DNA of 64,000 nucleotides from Rebecca billardiae RCC1528 (Eukaryota; Protista; Haptophyta), in the NCBI GenBank assembly GCA_965240325.2, contig OZ251233.1, forward strand, positions 248,001 to 312,000, written 5' to 3'. Position 1 is the first letter of the stretch. Each line of letters starts with the position of its first letter. The notes under the pieces are model-generated. The model saw only the letters and a program-made list of their open reading frames with translations, was not told the origin of the DNA and ran no database searches. This document shows positions 35,401-47,934 of this stretch, in pieces. The translations under genes were made by a program, and so were the position numbers.

Positions 35401-36121
35401 GCGCACGTCGCGCACGCAGCGCACGGACGCCTCCTCTGTCGACTTCTTCGACTTCCCCGGGTACACGGACCGCAGCGAGACGGACGGGCACCGCCATCAG
35501 CACCGCCATGGCGGCGGCGTGGTGGCGTCGCATCGCAGCACGCCTGGCGGAGGCGCTGTGGGGGCGCAAGCGCCGCCGACGCCCTCGCAGCCGCGCGGCG
35601 CGCGCAGCGCCGGACTCGGGAACCGCAGCCCGGGCGTGGCGAGCAGCCCGCACCGCGCCGCCGCGGCCGACCGCTTCTTTGGTGCGGACGCGCGCGCCCT
35701 CGAGAGCGGTGCGCCCACGTTCCGCTCGACGGTGAGTGAGGCCGGAGCGTCCACGTGGGCGGGCCTGCCGTGGCTCTCGGACTGGGGGTCCACGCACCGC
35801 TCGGCCGGACTGTCCGCCGCATCGCCCGAGAAGCGCACGCCGCCGCGCGCGCTGAGTGGCCGCCCGCTGCAGAGGGAGCGGTCACCATTGGCGGCGGGCG
35901 GCGCGACGCGCGTCCCTGCGCCGTCGCATCTGCCCGCGTGGTTCTGGCCGCACGCGCGCGCAGCGCCAGCACGAGCGGACGTGCCGGCGGCGCCATCCCC
36001 GAGCCGGGCGCTGGTGACGCCACCCGCGCCCTCCTCGCCCGAGCTGCGCTCGCAGCGCGCGCAGCGCGGAAGCAGCGAGGAGGCGGCTGGCGGAGAAGAG
36101 CACGCGCGGCCGAGCGCTTAG
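26435..36121 (+). CDS. Giant receptor/adhesin-like membrane protein: ~20 plant-type LRRs, Pro-rich linkers, TMEM132-like cohesin + Ig-like domains, dockerin-like repeat, TM helix, disordered tail. Exons 26435-26697, 26823-27182, 27319-28134, 28263-28433, 28551-28697, 28840-36121 (~3012 aa).
   Basis: LxxNxLSGxLPTELGxL repeats. TMEM132-like peptides AELVNLAPLS, VRVWFPLNASVELAD, LDATRLV, VHAVLADGS and YQRARL. Dockerin-like GDVDGDCAFTSYD...DPTLDGVLSAHD. TM LAVALALAAAALCCLLLLCC. Five GT-AG introns join in frame. Confidence 0.8.
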
Positions 36122-36144
36122 CAGCTTAGCCTGGCGCTTACCAG

Positions 36145-39100
36145 AGCGCCCGACAGCTCAAGAGGCTACCGCGCGCTCAGCCTGAGCGCGCTCGACCATC
36201 GTGGGCCTGGCGCTCAGAGCGCCGATATCGTAAGGCCCGGGCGGCTCCTACGCCTCAGACTCAGTGGCGGGGGCGGCGAGGACCGCGCGCGGGCATCGAA
36301 TGTCGTCGATGCCATATATATATATCCGGCCAGCTGACAACTCGAAAGGCTACCGCATGCTCAGCCTGAGCGCGCTCGACCATCATGCACTCGAGGTCCG
36401 GCGCCACGCCGGACCTCGGCCGAGGTCCGGCGCGCCGAGCCCGGCGCGCCGGACCTGGAACGCCGGGCCTGGCGCTCAGAGCGCCGATGTCGTGACTTCG
36501 GGCCCAGCGAGGGCGGAGAGGACCGAGCACGTGCGCCGATGCCGTACCAGACTGGCTGACAGCTCGAACGGCTACAGCGCGCTCAGCCTGAGCGCGCTCG
36601 ACCATCATGCACTCGAGGTCCGGCGCGGCGCCGGACCTCGGCCGAGGTCCGGCGCGCCGAGCCCGGCGCGCCGGACCTGGAACGCCGGGCCTGGCGCTCA
36701 GAGCGCCGATGTCGTGACTTCGGGCCCAGCGAGGGCGGAGAGGACCGAGCACGTGCGCCGATGCCGTACCAAATCAGCTGACAGCTCGAACGGCTACAGC
36801 GCGCTCAGCCTGAGCGCGCCCGACCATCATGCACTCGAGGTCCGGCGCCGCGCCGGACCTCAGCCGAGGTCCGGCGCGCCGGGCCCGGCGCGCCGGACCT
36901 GGCGCGCCGGGCCCGGCGCTCACTCAGAGCGCCAATGTCGTGACTTCGCCTTCGGGCTCAGCGAGGGCGGAGAGGACCGAGCACGTGCCCTGATGCCTTA
37001 CCAGACTGGCTGACAGCTCGAACGGCTACAGCGCGCTCAGCCCGAGCGCACCCGACCATCATGCACTCGAGGTCCGGCGCCGCGCCGGACGTCGGCCGAG
37101 GTCCGGCGCGCCGGGCCCGGCGCGCCGGACCTGGCACGCCGGGCCTGGCGCTCAGAGCGCCGATGTTGTGACTTCGGGCTCAGCGAAGGCGGAGAGGACC
37201 AAGCACGTTCCCTGATGCCGTGCCAGATCAGCTGACAGCTCGAACGGCTACAGCGCGCTCAGCCTGAGCGCGCCCGACCATCATGCACTCGAGGTCCGGC
37301 GCCGCGCCGGACCTCGGCCGAAGTCCGGCGCGCCGAGCCCGGCGCGCCGGACCTGGCACGACGGGCCCGGCGCTCAGAGCGCCGATGTCGTGAGTTCGGG
37401 CTCAGCGAGGGCGGAGAGGACCGAGCACGTCCCCTGATGCCGTACCTCACCGGCTGACAGCTCGAACGGCTACAGCGCGCTCAGCCTGAGCGCGCCCGAC
37501 CATCATGCACTAGAGGTCCGGCGCCGCGCCGGACCTCGGCCGAGGTCCGGCGCGCCGGGCCCGGCGCGCCAGACCAGGTGCGCCGGGCCGTGCGCTCAGA
37601 GCGCCGATGTCGTGACTTCGGGCTCAGCGAGGGCGGAGGGGACCAAGCACGTCCCCTGATGCCGTACCAAATCAGCTGACAGCTCGAACGGCTACAGCGC
37701 GCTCAGCCTGAGCGCGCCCGACCATCATGCACTCGAGGTCCGGCGCCACGCCGGACCTCGGCCGAGGTCCGGCGCGCCGAGCCCGGCGCGCCGGACCTGG
37801 CACGACGGGCCTGGCGCTCAGAGCGCCGATGTCGTGACTTCGGGCTCAGCGAGGGCGGAGAGGATCAAGCACGTGGGCCAATGCCGTACCAGATCGGCTG
37901 ACAGCTCGAACGGCTACAGCGCGCTCAGCCTGAGCGCGCCCGACCATCATGCACTCGAGGTCCGGCGCCGCGCCGGACCTCGGCCGAGGTCCGGCGCGCC
38001 GGGCCCGGCGCGCCGGACCTGGCACGCCGGGCCTGGCGCTCAGAGCGCCGATGTTGTGACTTCGGGCTCAGCGAAGGCGGAGAGGACCAAGCACGTTCCC
38101 TGATGCCGTGCCAGATCAGCTGACAGCTCGAACGGCTACAGCGCGCTCAGCCTGAGCGCGCCCGACCATCATGCACTCGAGGTCCGGCGCCGCGCCGGAC
38201 CTCGGCCGAAGTCCGGCGCGCCGGGCCCGGCGCGCCAGACCAGGTGCGCCGGGCCGTGCGCTCAGAGCGCCGATGTCGTGACTTCGGGCTCAGCGAGGGC
38301 GGAGGGGACCAAGCACGTCCCCTGATGCCGTACCAAATCAGCTGACAGCTCGAACGGCTACAGCGCGCTCAGCCTGAGCGCGCCCGACCATCATGCACTC
38401 GAGGTCCGGCGCCACGCCGGACCTCGGCCGAGGTCCGGCGCGCCGAGCCCGGCGCGCCGGACCTGGCACGACGGGCCTGGCGCTCAGAGCGCCGATGTCG
38501 TGACTTCGGGCCCAGCGAGGGCGGAGAGGACCGAGCACGTGCGCCGATGCCGTACCACACCGGCTGACAGCTCGAACGGCTACATCGCGCTCAGCCTGAG
38601 CGCGCCCGACCATCTGCACTCGAGGTCCGGCGCCGCGCCGGACCTCGGCCGAGGTCCGGCGCGCCGGGCCCGGCGCGCCGGACCTGGCGCGCCGGGCCTG
38701 GCGCTCAGACTCAAAGCGCCGATGTCGTGACTTCGGGCTCAGCGAGGGCGGAGAGGACCGAGCACGTGCCCTGATGCCGTACCACACCGGCTGACAGCTC
38801 GAACGGCTACAGCGCGCTCAGCCTGAGCGCGCCCGACCATCATGCACTCGAGGTCCGGCGCCGCGCCGGACCTCGGCCGAGGTCCGGCGCGCCGGGCCCG
38901 GCGCGCCGGACCTGGCACGCCGGGCCTGGCGCTCAGAGCGCCGATGTCGTGACTTCGGGCTCAGCGAGGGCGGAGAGGACCGAGCACGTGCGCCGATGCC
39001 GTACCAGACTGGCTGACAGCTCGAACGGCTACAGCGCGCTCAGCCTGAGCGCGCCCGACCATCATGCACTCGAGGTCCGGCGCCGCGCCGGACCTCGGCC

Positions 39101-42100
39101 GAGGTCCGGCGCGCCGGGCCCGGCGCGCCGGACCTGGCACGCCGGGCCGTGCGCTCAGAGCGCCGATGTCGTGACTTCGGGCTCAGCGAGGGCGGAGAGG
39201 ACCGAGCAAGTCCCCTGATGCCGTATCACACCGGCTGACAGCTCGAACGGCTACAGCGCGCTCAGCCTGAGCGCGCCCGAGCATCATGCACTCGAGGTCC
39301 GGCGCCGCGCCGGACCTCGGCCGAGGTTCGGCGCGCCGGGCCCGGCGCGCCGGACCTGGCACGCCGGGCCCGGCGCTCAGAGCGCCGATGTCGTGACTTC
39401 GGGCTCAGTGATGGCGGAGAGGACCGAGCACGTGTCACTGATGCCGTACCACACTGGCTGACAGCTCGAACGGCTACAGCGCGCTCAGCCTGAGCGCGCC
39501 CGACCATCATGCACTCGAGGTCCGGCGCCGCGCCGGACCTCGGCCGAGGTCCGGCGCGCCGGGCCCGGCGCGCCGGACCTGGCACGCCGGGCCGTGCGCT
39601 CAGAGCGCCGATGTCGTGACTTCGGGCTCAGCGAGGGCGGAGAGGACCAAGCACGTGTCACTGATGCCGTGCCAGATCAGCTGACAGCTCGAACGGCTAC
39701 AGCGCGCTCAGCCTGAGCGCGCCCGACCATCATGCACTCGAGGTCCGGCGCCGCGCCGGACCTCGGCCGAGGTCCGGCGCGCCGGGCCCGGCGCGCCGGA
39801 CCTGGCACGCCGGGCCTGGCGCACAGAGCGCCGATGTCGTGACTTCGGGCTCAGCGAGGGCGGAGAGGACCAAGCACGTGTCACTGATGCCGTGCCAGAT
39901 CAGCTGACAGCTCGAACGGCTACAGCGCGCTCAGCCTGAGCGCGCCCGACCATCATGCACTCGAGGTCCGGCGCCGCGCCGGACCTCGGCCGAGGTCCGG
40001 CGCGCCGGGCCTGGCGCGCCGGACCTGGCACGCCGGGCCGTGCGCTCAGAGCGCCGATGTCGTGACTTCGGGCTCAGCGAGGGCGGAGAGGACCGAACAC
40101 GTGCGCCGATGCCGTACCAGACTGGCTGACAGCTCGAACGGCTACAGCGCGCTCAGCCTGAGCGCGCCCGACCATCATGCACTCGAGGTCCGGCGCCGCA
40201 CCGGACCTCGGCCGAGGTCCGGCGCGCCGGGCCCAGCGCGCCGAACCTGGCACGCCGGGCCTGGCGCACAGAGCGCCGATGTCGTGACTTCGGGCCCAGC
40301 GAGGGCGGAGAGGACCGAGCACGTGCGCCGATGCCGTACCAGACTGGCTGACAGCTCGAACGGCTACAGCGCGCTCAGCCTGAGCGCGCCCGACCATCAT
40401 GCACTCGAGGTCCGGCGCCGCACCGGACCTCGGCCGAGGTCCGGCGCGCCGGGCCCGGCGCGCCGGACCTGGCGCGCCGGGCCCGACGCTCAGAGCGCCG
40501 ATGTCGTGACTTCGGGCTCAGCGAAGGCGAAGAGGACCGAGCACGTCCCCTGATGCCGCGCGAGATCAGCTGACAGCTCGAACGGCTACAGCGCGCTCAG
40601 CCTGAGCGCGCCCGACCACCATGCACTCGAGGTCCGGCGCCGCGCCGGACCTCGGCCGAGGTCCGGCGCGCCGGGCCTGGCGCGCCGCCGGACCTGGCAC
40701 GCCGGGCCTGGCGCACAGAGCGCCGATGTCGTGACTTCGGGCTCAGCGAGGGCGGAGAGGATCAAGCACGTGGGCCAATGCCGTACCAGATCGGCTGACA
40801 GCTTGAACGGCTACAGCGCGCTCAGCCTGAGCGCGCCCGACCATCATGCACTCGAGGTCCGGCGCCGCGCCGGACCTCGGCCGAGGTCCGGCGCGCCGGG
40901 CCCGGCGCGCCGGACCTGGCTCGCCGGGCCGTGCGCTCAGAGCGCCGATGTCGTGACTTCGGGCTCAGCGAGGGCGGAGAGGACCGAGCACGTGTCACTG
41001 ATGCCGTACCTCACCGGCTGACAGCTCGAACGGCTACAGCGCGCTCAGCCTGAGCGCGACCATCATGCACTCGAGGTCCGGCGCCGCGCCGGACCTCGGC
41101 CGAGGTCCGGCGCGCCGGGCCCGGCGCGCCGGACCTGGCTCGCCGGGCCGTGCGCTCAGAGCGCCGATGTCGTGACTTCGGGCTCAGCGAGGGCGGAGAG
41201 GACCGAGCACGTGTCACTGATGCCGTGCCAGGTCAGCTGACAGCTCGAACGGCTACAGCGCGCTCAGCCTGAGCGCGCCCGACCATCATGCACTCGAGGT
41301 CCGGCGCCGCGCCGGACCTCGGCCGAGGTCCGGCGCGCCGGGCCTGGCGCGCCGGACCTGGCACGCCAGGCCTGGCGCTCAGAGCGCCGATGTCGTGACT
41401 TCGGGCTCAGCGAGGGCGGAGAGGACCGAGCACGTGTCACTGATGCCGTGCCAGATCAGCTGACAGCTCGAACGGCTACAGCGCGCTCAGCCTGAGCGCG
41501 CCCGACCATCATGCACTCGAGGTCCGGCGCCGCGCCGGACCTCGGCCGAGGTCCGGCGCGCCGGGCCTGGCGCGCCGGACCTGGCACGCCGGGCCGTGCG
41601 CTCAGAGCGCCGATGTCGTGACTTCGGGCTCAGCGAGGGCGGAGAGGACCGAGCACGTCCCCTGATGCCGTACCTCACCGGCTGACAGCTCGAACGGCTA
41701 CAGCGCGCTCAGCCTGAGCGCGCCCGACCATCATGCACTCGAGGTCCGGCGCCGCGCCGGACCTCGGCCGAGGTCCGGCGCGCCGGGCCCGGCGCGCCGG
41801 ACCTGGCGCGCCGGGCCCGACGCTCAGAGCGCCGATGTCGTGACTTCGGGCTCAGCGAGGGCGGAGAGGACCGAGCACGTGTCACTGATGCCGTGCCAGA
41901 TCAGCTGACAGCTCGAACGGCTACAGCGCGCTCAGCCTGAGCGCGCCCGACCATCATGCACTCGAGGTCCGGCGCCGCGCCGGACCTCGGCCGAGGTCCG
42001 GCGCGCCGGGCCCGGCGCGCCGGACCTGGCACGCCGGGCCTGGCGCACAGAGCGCCGATGTCGTGACTTCGGGCTCAGCGAGGGCGGAGAGGACCGAGCA

Positions 42101-45100
42101 CGTGGGCCAATGCCGTACCAGATCGGCTGACAGCTCGAACGGCTACAGCGCGCTCAGCCTGAGCGCGCCCGACCATCATGCACTCGAGGTCCGGCGCCGC
42201 GCCGGACCTCGGCCGAGGTCCGGCGCGCCGGGCCCGGCGCGCCGGACCTGGCACGCCGGGCCGTGCGCTCAGAGCGTCGATGTCGTGACTTCGGGCTCAG
42301 CGAGGGCGGAGAGGACCGAGCACGTGGGCCAATGCCGTACCAGATCGGCTGACAGCTCGAACGGCTACAGCGCGCTCAGCCTGAGCGCGCCCGACCATCA
42401 TGCACTCGAGGTCCGGCGCCGCGCCGGACCTCGGCCGAGGTCCGGCGCGCCGGGCCCGGCGCGCCGGACCTGGCACGCCGGGCCGTGCGCTCAGAGCGCC
42501 GATGTCGTGACTTCGGGCTCAGCGAGGGCGGAGAGGACCGAGCACGTGTCACTGATGCCGTGCCAGATCAGCTGACAGCTCGAACGGCTACAGCGCGCTC
42601 AGCCTGAGCGCGCCCGACCATCATGCACTCGAGGTCCGGCGCCGCGCCGGACCTCGGCCGAGGTCCGGCGCGCCGGGCCTGGCGCGCCGGACCTGGCACG
42701 CCGGGCCTGGCGCACAGAGCGCCGATGTCGTGACTTCGGGCTCAGCGAGGGCGGAGAGGACCGAGCACGTGGGCCAGTGCCGTACCAGATCGGCTGACAG
42801 CTCGAACGGCTACAGCGCGCTCAGCCTGAGCGCGCCCGACCATCATGCACTCGAGGTCCGGCGCCGCGCCGGACCTCGGCCGAGGTCCGGCGCGCCGGGC
42901 CCGGCGCGCCGGACCTGGCACGCCGGGCCGTGCGCTCAGAGCGTCGATGTCGTGACTTCGGGCTCAGCGAGGGCGGAGAGGACCGAGCACGTCCCCTGAT
43001 GCCGTACCTCACCGGCTGACACCTCGCATGGCTACAGCGCGCTCAGCCTGAGCGCGCCCGACCATCATGCACTCGAGGTCCGGCGCCGCGCCGGACCTCG
43101 GCCGAGGTCCGGCGCGCCGGGCCTGGCGCGCCGGACCTGGCACGCCGGGCCTGGCGCACAGAGCGCCGATGTCGTGACTTCGGGCTCAGCGAGGGCGGAG
43201 AGGACCGAGCACGTCCCCTGATGCCGTACCTCACCGGCTGACACCTCGCATGGCTACAGCGCGCTCAGCCTGAGCGCGCCCGACCATCATGCACTCGAGG
43301 TCCGGCGCCGCGCCGGACCTCGGCCGAGGTCCGGCGCGCCGGGCCCGGCGCGCCGGACCTGGCACGCCGGGCCGTGCGCTCAGAGCGTCGATGTCGTGAC
43401 TTCGGGCTCAGCGAGGGCGGAGAGGACCGAGCACGTCCCCTGATGCCGTACCTCACCGGCTGACACCTCGCATGGCTACAGCGCGCTCAGCCTGAGCGCG
43501 CCCGACCATCATGCACTCGAGGTCCGGCGCCGCGCCGGACCTCGGCCGAGGTCCGGCGCGCCGGGCCTGGCGCGCCGGACCTGGCACGCCGGGCCTGGCG
43601 CACAGAGCGCCGATGTCGTGACTTCGGGCTCAGCGAGGGCGGAGAGGACCGAGCACGTGGGCCAATGCCGTACCAGATCGGCTGACAGCTCGAACGGCTA
43701 CAGCGCGCTCAGCCTGAGCGCGCCCGACCATCATGCACTCGAGGTCCGGCGCCGCGCCGGACCTCGGCTGAGGTCCGGCGCGCCGGGCCTGGCGCGCCGG
43801 ACCTGGCTCGCCGGGCCGTGCGCTCAGAGCGCCGATGTCGTGACTTCGGGCTCAGCGAGGGCGGAGAGGACCGAGCACGTGTCACTGATGCCGTACCTCA
43901 CCGGCTGACAGCTCGAACGGCTACAGCGCGCTCAGCCTGAGCGCGCCCGACCATCATGCACTCGAGGTCCGGCGCCGCGCCGGACCTCGGCCGAGGTCCG
44001 GCGCGCCGGGCCTGGCGCGCCGGACCTGGCACGCCGGGCCTGGCGCACAGAGCGCCGATGTCGTGACTTCGGGCTCAGCGAGGGCGGAGAGGACCGAGCA
44101 CGTCCCCTGATGCCGTACCAGACTGGCTGACAGCTCGAACGGCTACAGCGCGCTCAGCCTGAGCGCGCCCGACCATCATGCACTCGAGGTCCGGCGCCGC
44201 GCCGGACCTCGGCTGAGGTCCGGCGCGCCGGGCCTGGCGCGCCGGACCTGGCTCGCCGGGCCGTGCGCTCAGAGCGCCGATGTCGTGACTTCGGGCTCAG
44301 CGAGGGCGGAGAGGACCGAGCACGTGTCACTGATGCCGTACCTCACCGGCTGACAGCTCGAACGGCTACAGCGCGCTCAGCCTGAGCGCGCCCGACCATC
44401 ATGCACTCGAGGTCCGGCGCCGCGCCGGACCTCGGCCGACCTCCGGCGCGCCGGGCCTGGCGCGCCGGACCTGGCACGCCAGGCCTGGCGCTCAGAGCGC
44501 CGATGTCGTGACTTCGGGCTCAGCGAGGGCGGAGAGGACCGAGCACGTGGGTCAATGCCGTACCGGATCAGCTGACAGCTCGAACGGCTACAGCGCGCTC
44601 AGCCTGAGCGCGCCCGACCATCATGCACTCGAGGTCCGGCGCCGCGCCGGACCTCGGCCGAGGTCCGGCGCGCCGGGCCCAGCGCGCCGGACCTGGCACG
44701 CCGGGCCTGGCGCACAGAGCGCCGATGTCGTGACTTCGGGCTCAGCGAGGGCGGAGAGGACCGAGCACGTCCCCTGATGCCGTACCTCACCGGCTGACAC
44801 CTCGCATGGCTACAGCGCGCTCAGCCTGAGCGCGCCCGACCATCGTGCACTCGAGGTCCGGCGCCGCGCCGGACCTCGGCCGAGGTCCGGCGCGCCGGGC
44901 CTGGCGCGCCGGACCTGGCACGCCGGGCCTGGCGCACAGAGCGCCGATGTCGTGACTTCGGGCTCAGCGAGGGCGGAGAGGACCGAGCACGTGGGGCAAT
45001 GCCGTACCAGATCGGCTGACAGCTCGAACGGCTACAGCGCGCTCAGCCTGAGCGCGCCCGACCATCATGCACTCGAGGTCCGGCGCCGCGCCGGACCTCG

Positions 45101-47765
45101 GCTGAGGTCCGGCGCGCCGGGCCTGGCGCGCCGGACCTGGCTCGCCGGGCCGTGCGCTCAGAGCGCCGATGTCGTGACTTCGGGCTCAGCGAGGGCGGAG
45201 AGGACCGAGCACGTGTCACTGATGCCGTACCTCACCGGCTGACAGCTCGAACGGCTACAGCGCGCTCAGCCTGAGCGCGCCCGACCATCATGCACTCGAG
45301 GTCCGGCGCCGCGCCGGACCTCGGCCGAGGTCCGGCGCGCCGGGCCTGGCGCGCCGGACCTGGCACGCCGGGCCTGGCGCACAGAGCGCCGATGTCGTGA
45401 CTTCGGGCTCAGCGAGGGCGGAGAGGACCGAGCACGTCCCCTGATGCCGTACCAGACTGGCTGACAGCTCGAACGGCTACAGCGCGCTCAGCCTGAGCGC
45501 GCCCGACCATCATGCACTCGAGGTCCGGCGCCGCGCCGGACCTCGGCTGAGGTCCGGCGCGCCGGGCCTGGCGCGCCGGACCTGGCTCGCCGGGCCGTGC
45601 GCTCAGAGCGCCGATGTCGTGACTTCGGGCTCAGCGAGGGCGGAGAGGACCGAGCACGTGTCACTGATGCCGTACCTCACCGGCTGACAGCTCGAACGGC
45701 TACAGCGCGCTCAGCCTGAGCGCGCCCGACCATCATGCACTCGAGGTCCGGCGCCGCGCCGGACCTCGGCCGAGGTCCGGCGCGCCGGGCCCAGCGCGCC
45801 GGACCTGGCACGCCGGGCCTGGCGCACAGAGCGCCGATGTCGTGACTTCGGGCTCAGCGAGGGCGGAGAGGACCGAGCACGTCCCCTGATGCCGTACCTC
45901 ACCGGCTGACAGCTCGAACGGCTACAGCGCGCTCAGCCTGAGCGCGCCCGACCATCATGCACTCGAGGTCCGGCGCCGCGCCGGACCTCGGCCGAGGTCC
46001 GGCGCGCCGGGCCCGGCGCGCCGGACCTGGCACGCCGGGCCTGGCGCTCAGAGCGCCGATGTCGTGACTTCGGGCTCAGCGAGGGCGGAGAGGACCGAGC
46101 ACGTGTCACTGATGCCGTGCCAGATCAGCTGACAGCTCGAACGGCTACAGCGCGCTCAGCCTGAGCGCGCCCGACCATCATGCACTCGAGGTCCGGCGCC
46201 GCGCCGGACCTCGGCCGAGGTCCGGCGCGCCGGGCCCGGCGCGCCGGACCTGGCACGCCGGGCCTGGCGCTCAGAGCGCCGATGTCGTGACTTCCAGTTC
46301 CGGCTCAGCGAGGGCGGAGAGGACCGAGAACGTCCCCTGATGACGTACCTCACCGGCTGACAGCTCGAATGGCTACAGCGCGCTCAGCCTGCGCGCGCCC
46401 GACCATCATGCACTCGAGGTCCGGCGCCGCGCCGGACCTCGGCCGATGTCCGGCGCGCCGGGCCCGGCGCGCCGGACCTGGCACGCCGGGCCTGGCGCTC
46501 AGAGCGCCGATGTCGTGACTTCGGGCGCAGCGAGGGCGGAGAGGACCAAGCACGTCCCCTGATGACGTACCTCACCGGCTGACAGCTCGAACGGCTACAG
46601 CGCGCTCAGCCTGAGCGCGCCCGACCATCATGCACTCGAGGTCCGGCGCCGCGCCGGACCTCGGCCGAGGTCCGGCGCGCCGGGCCCGGCGCGCCGGACC
46701 TGGCACCCGGGCCTGGCGCTCAGAGCGCCGATGTCGTGACTTCGGGCTCAGCGAGGGCGGAGAGGACCGAGCACGTGGGTCAATACCGTACCGGATCAGC
46801 TGACAGCTCGAACGGCTACAGCGCGCTCAGCCTGAGCGCGCCCGACCATCATGCACTCGAGGTCCGGCGCCGCGCCGGACCTCGGCCGAGGTCCGGCGCG
46901 CCGGGCCCGGCGCGCCGGACCTGGCACGCCGGGCCTGGCGCTCAGAGCGCCGATGTCGTGACTTCGGGCTCAGCGAGGGCGTAGAGCACCGAGCACGTTT
47001 CCTGATGCCGTGCCAGACTGGCTGACAGCTCGAACGGCTACAGCGCGCTCAGCCTGAGCCCGCCCGACCATCATGCACTCGAGGTCCGGCGCCGCGCCGG
47101 ACCTCGGCCGAGGTCCGGCGCGCCGGGCCCGGCGCGCCGGACCTGGCACGCCGGGCCTGGCGCTCAGAGCGCCGATGTCGTGACTTCGGGCTCAGCGAGG
47201 GCGGAGAGGACCGAGCACGTGCCCTGATGCCGTACCTCACTGGCTACAGCGCGCTCAGCCTGAGCGCGCCCGACCATCATGCACTCGAGGTCCGGCGCCG
47301 CGCCGGACCTCTGCCGAGGTCCGGCGCGCCGGGCCCGGCGCGTCGGACCTGGCACGCCGGGCCTGGCGCTCAGAGCGCCGATGTCGTGACTTCGGGCTCA
47401 GCGAGGGCGGAGAGGACCGAGCACGTTTCCTGATGCCGTACCACACCGGCTGACACCTCGAATGGCTACAGCGCGCTCAGCCTGAGCGCGCCCGACCATC
47501 ATGCACTCGAGGTCGTCCGGCGCTGCCACCGCCGGACGTGGCCGAGGTCCGGCGCGCGGGGCCTTGCGCGCCGGGCCGGGCGCGTCGGGCCGGCGCTCAG
47601 ATCGCCGACATCGGCTCACCACGCTCAAAGAGGGCAGAGAGGGCCGAGCGCGCGCTCCGGGGCTTTACCGCATCGGCTGGCAGCTTGATTGGCTACAGCG
47701 TGCTTGGCCTGAGTGCGCTCGACAGTCACGCACCGGAGGTTCGGCGCCGCGCCAGACCTTGGCTG
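36145..47765. repeat. Satellite A: 222-bp monomer, ~51 copies plus degenerate edge copies
   Basis: GCTGACAGCTCGAACGGCTACAGCGCGCTCAGCCTGAGCGCG... recurs every 222-223 bp from ~36333 to ~47449. Confidence 0.97.
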
Positions 47766-47934
47766 AGAATCGGCGCAAGGCGGATTTTGCGCACCTGCTG
47801 CTGATATTCGACGCTCGTCAGCAGAACGCGCGCCAACAAAATAGGCTGCTGCTACGCTAGCAGCTTATAACCATCAGTTTCGCGGCGCAAGGCTAGCGGG
47901 TGGACGGGTCCGGGAAGAGCTGATGATTTCAGCG

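Noticed and set aside
29693-35797. 2034-aa minus-strand ORF and other long Arg/Ala-rich overlapping ORFs in 9-36 kb
   Set aside because: Stop-poor antisense or alternative frames in very high-GC coding DNA, with no domain motifs.
36145-47765. CRISPR-like array (constant repeat plus variable spacer)
   Set aside because: The variable slots are a few recurring related alleles, the repeat is ~190 bp, there are no cas genes and the context is eukaryotic.
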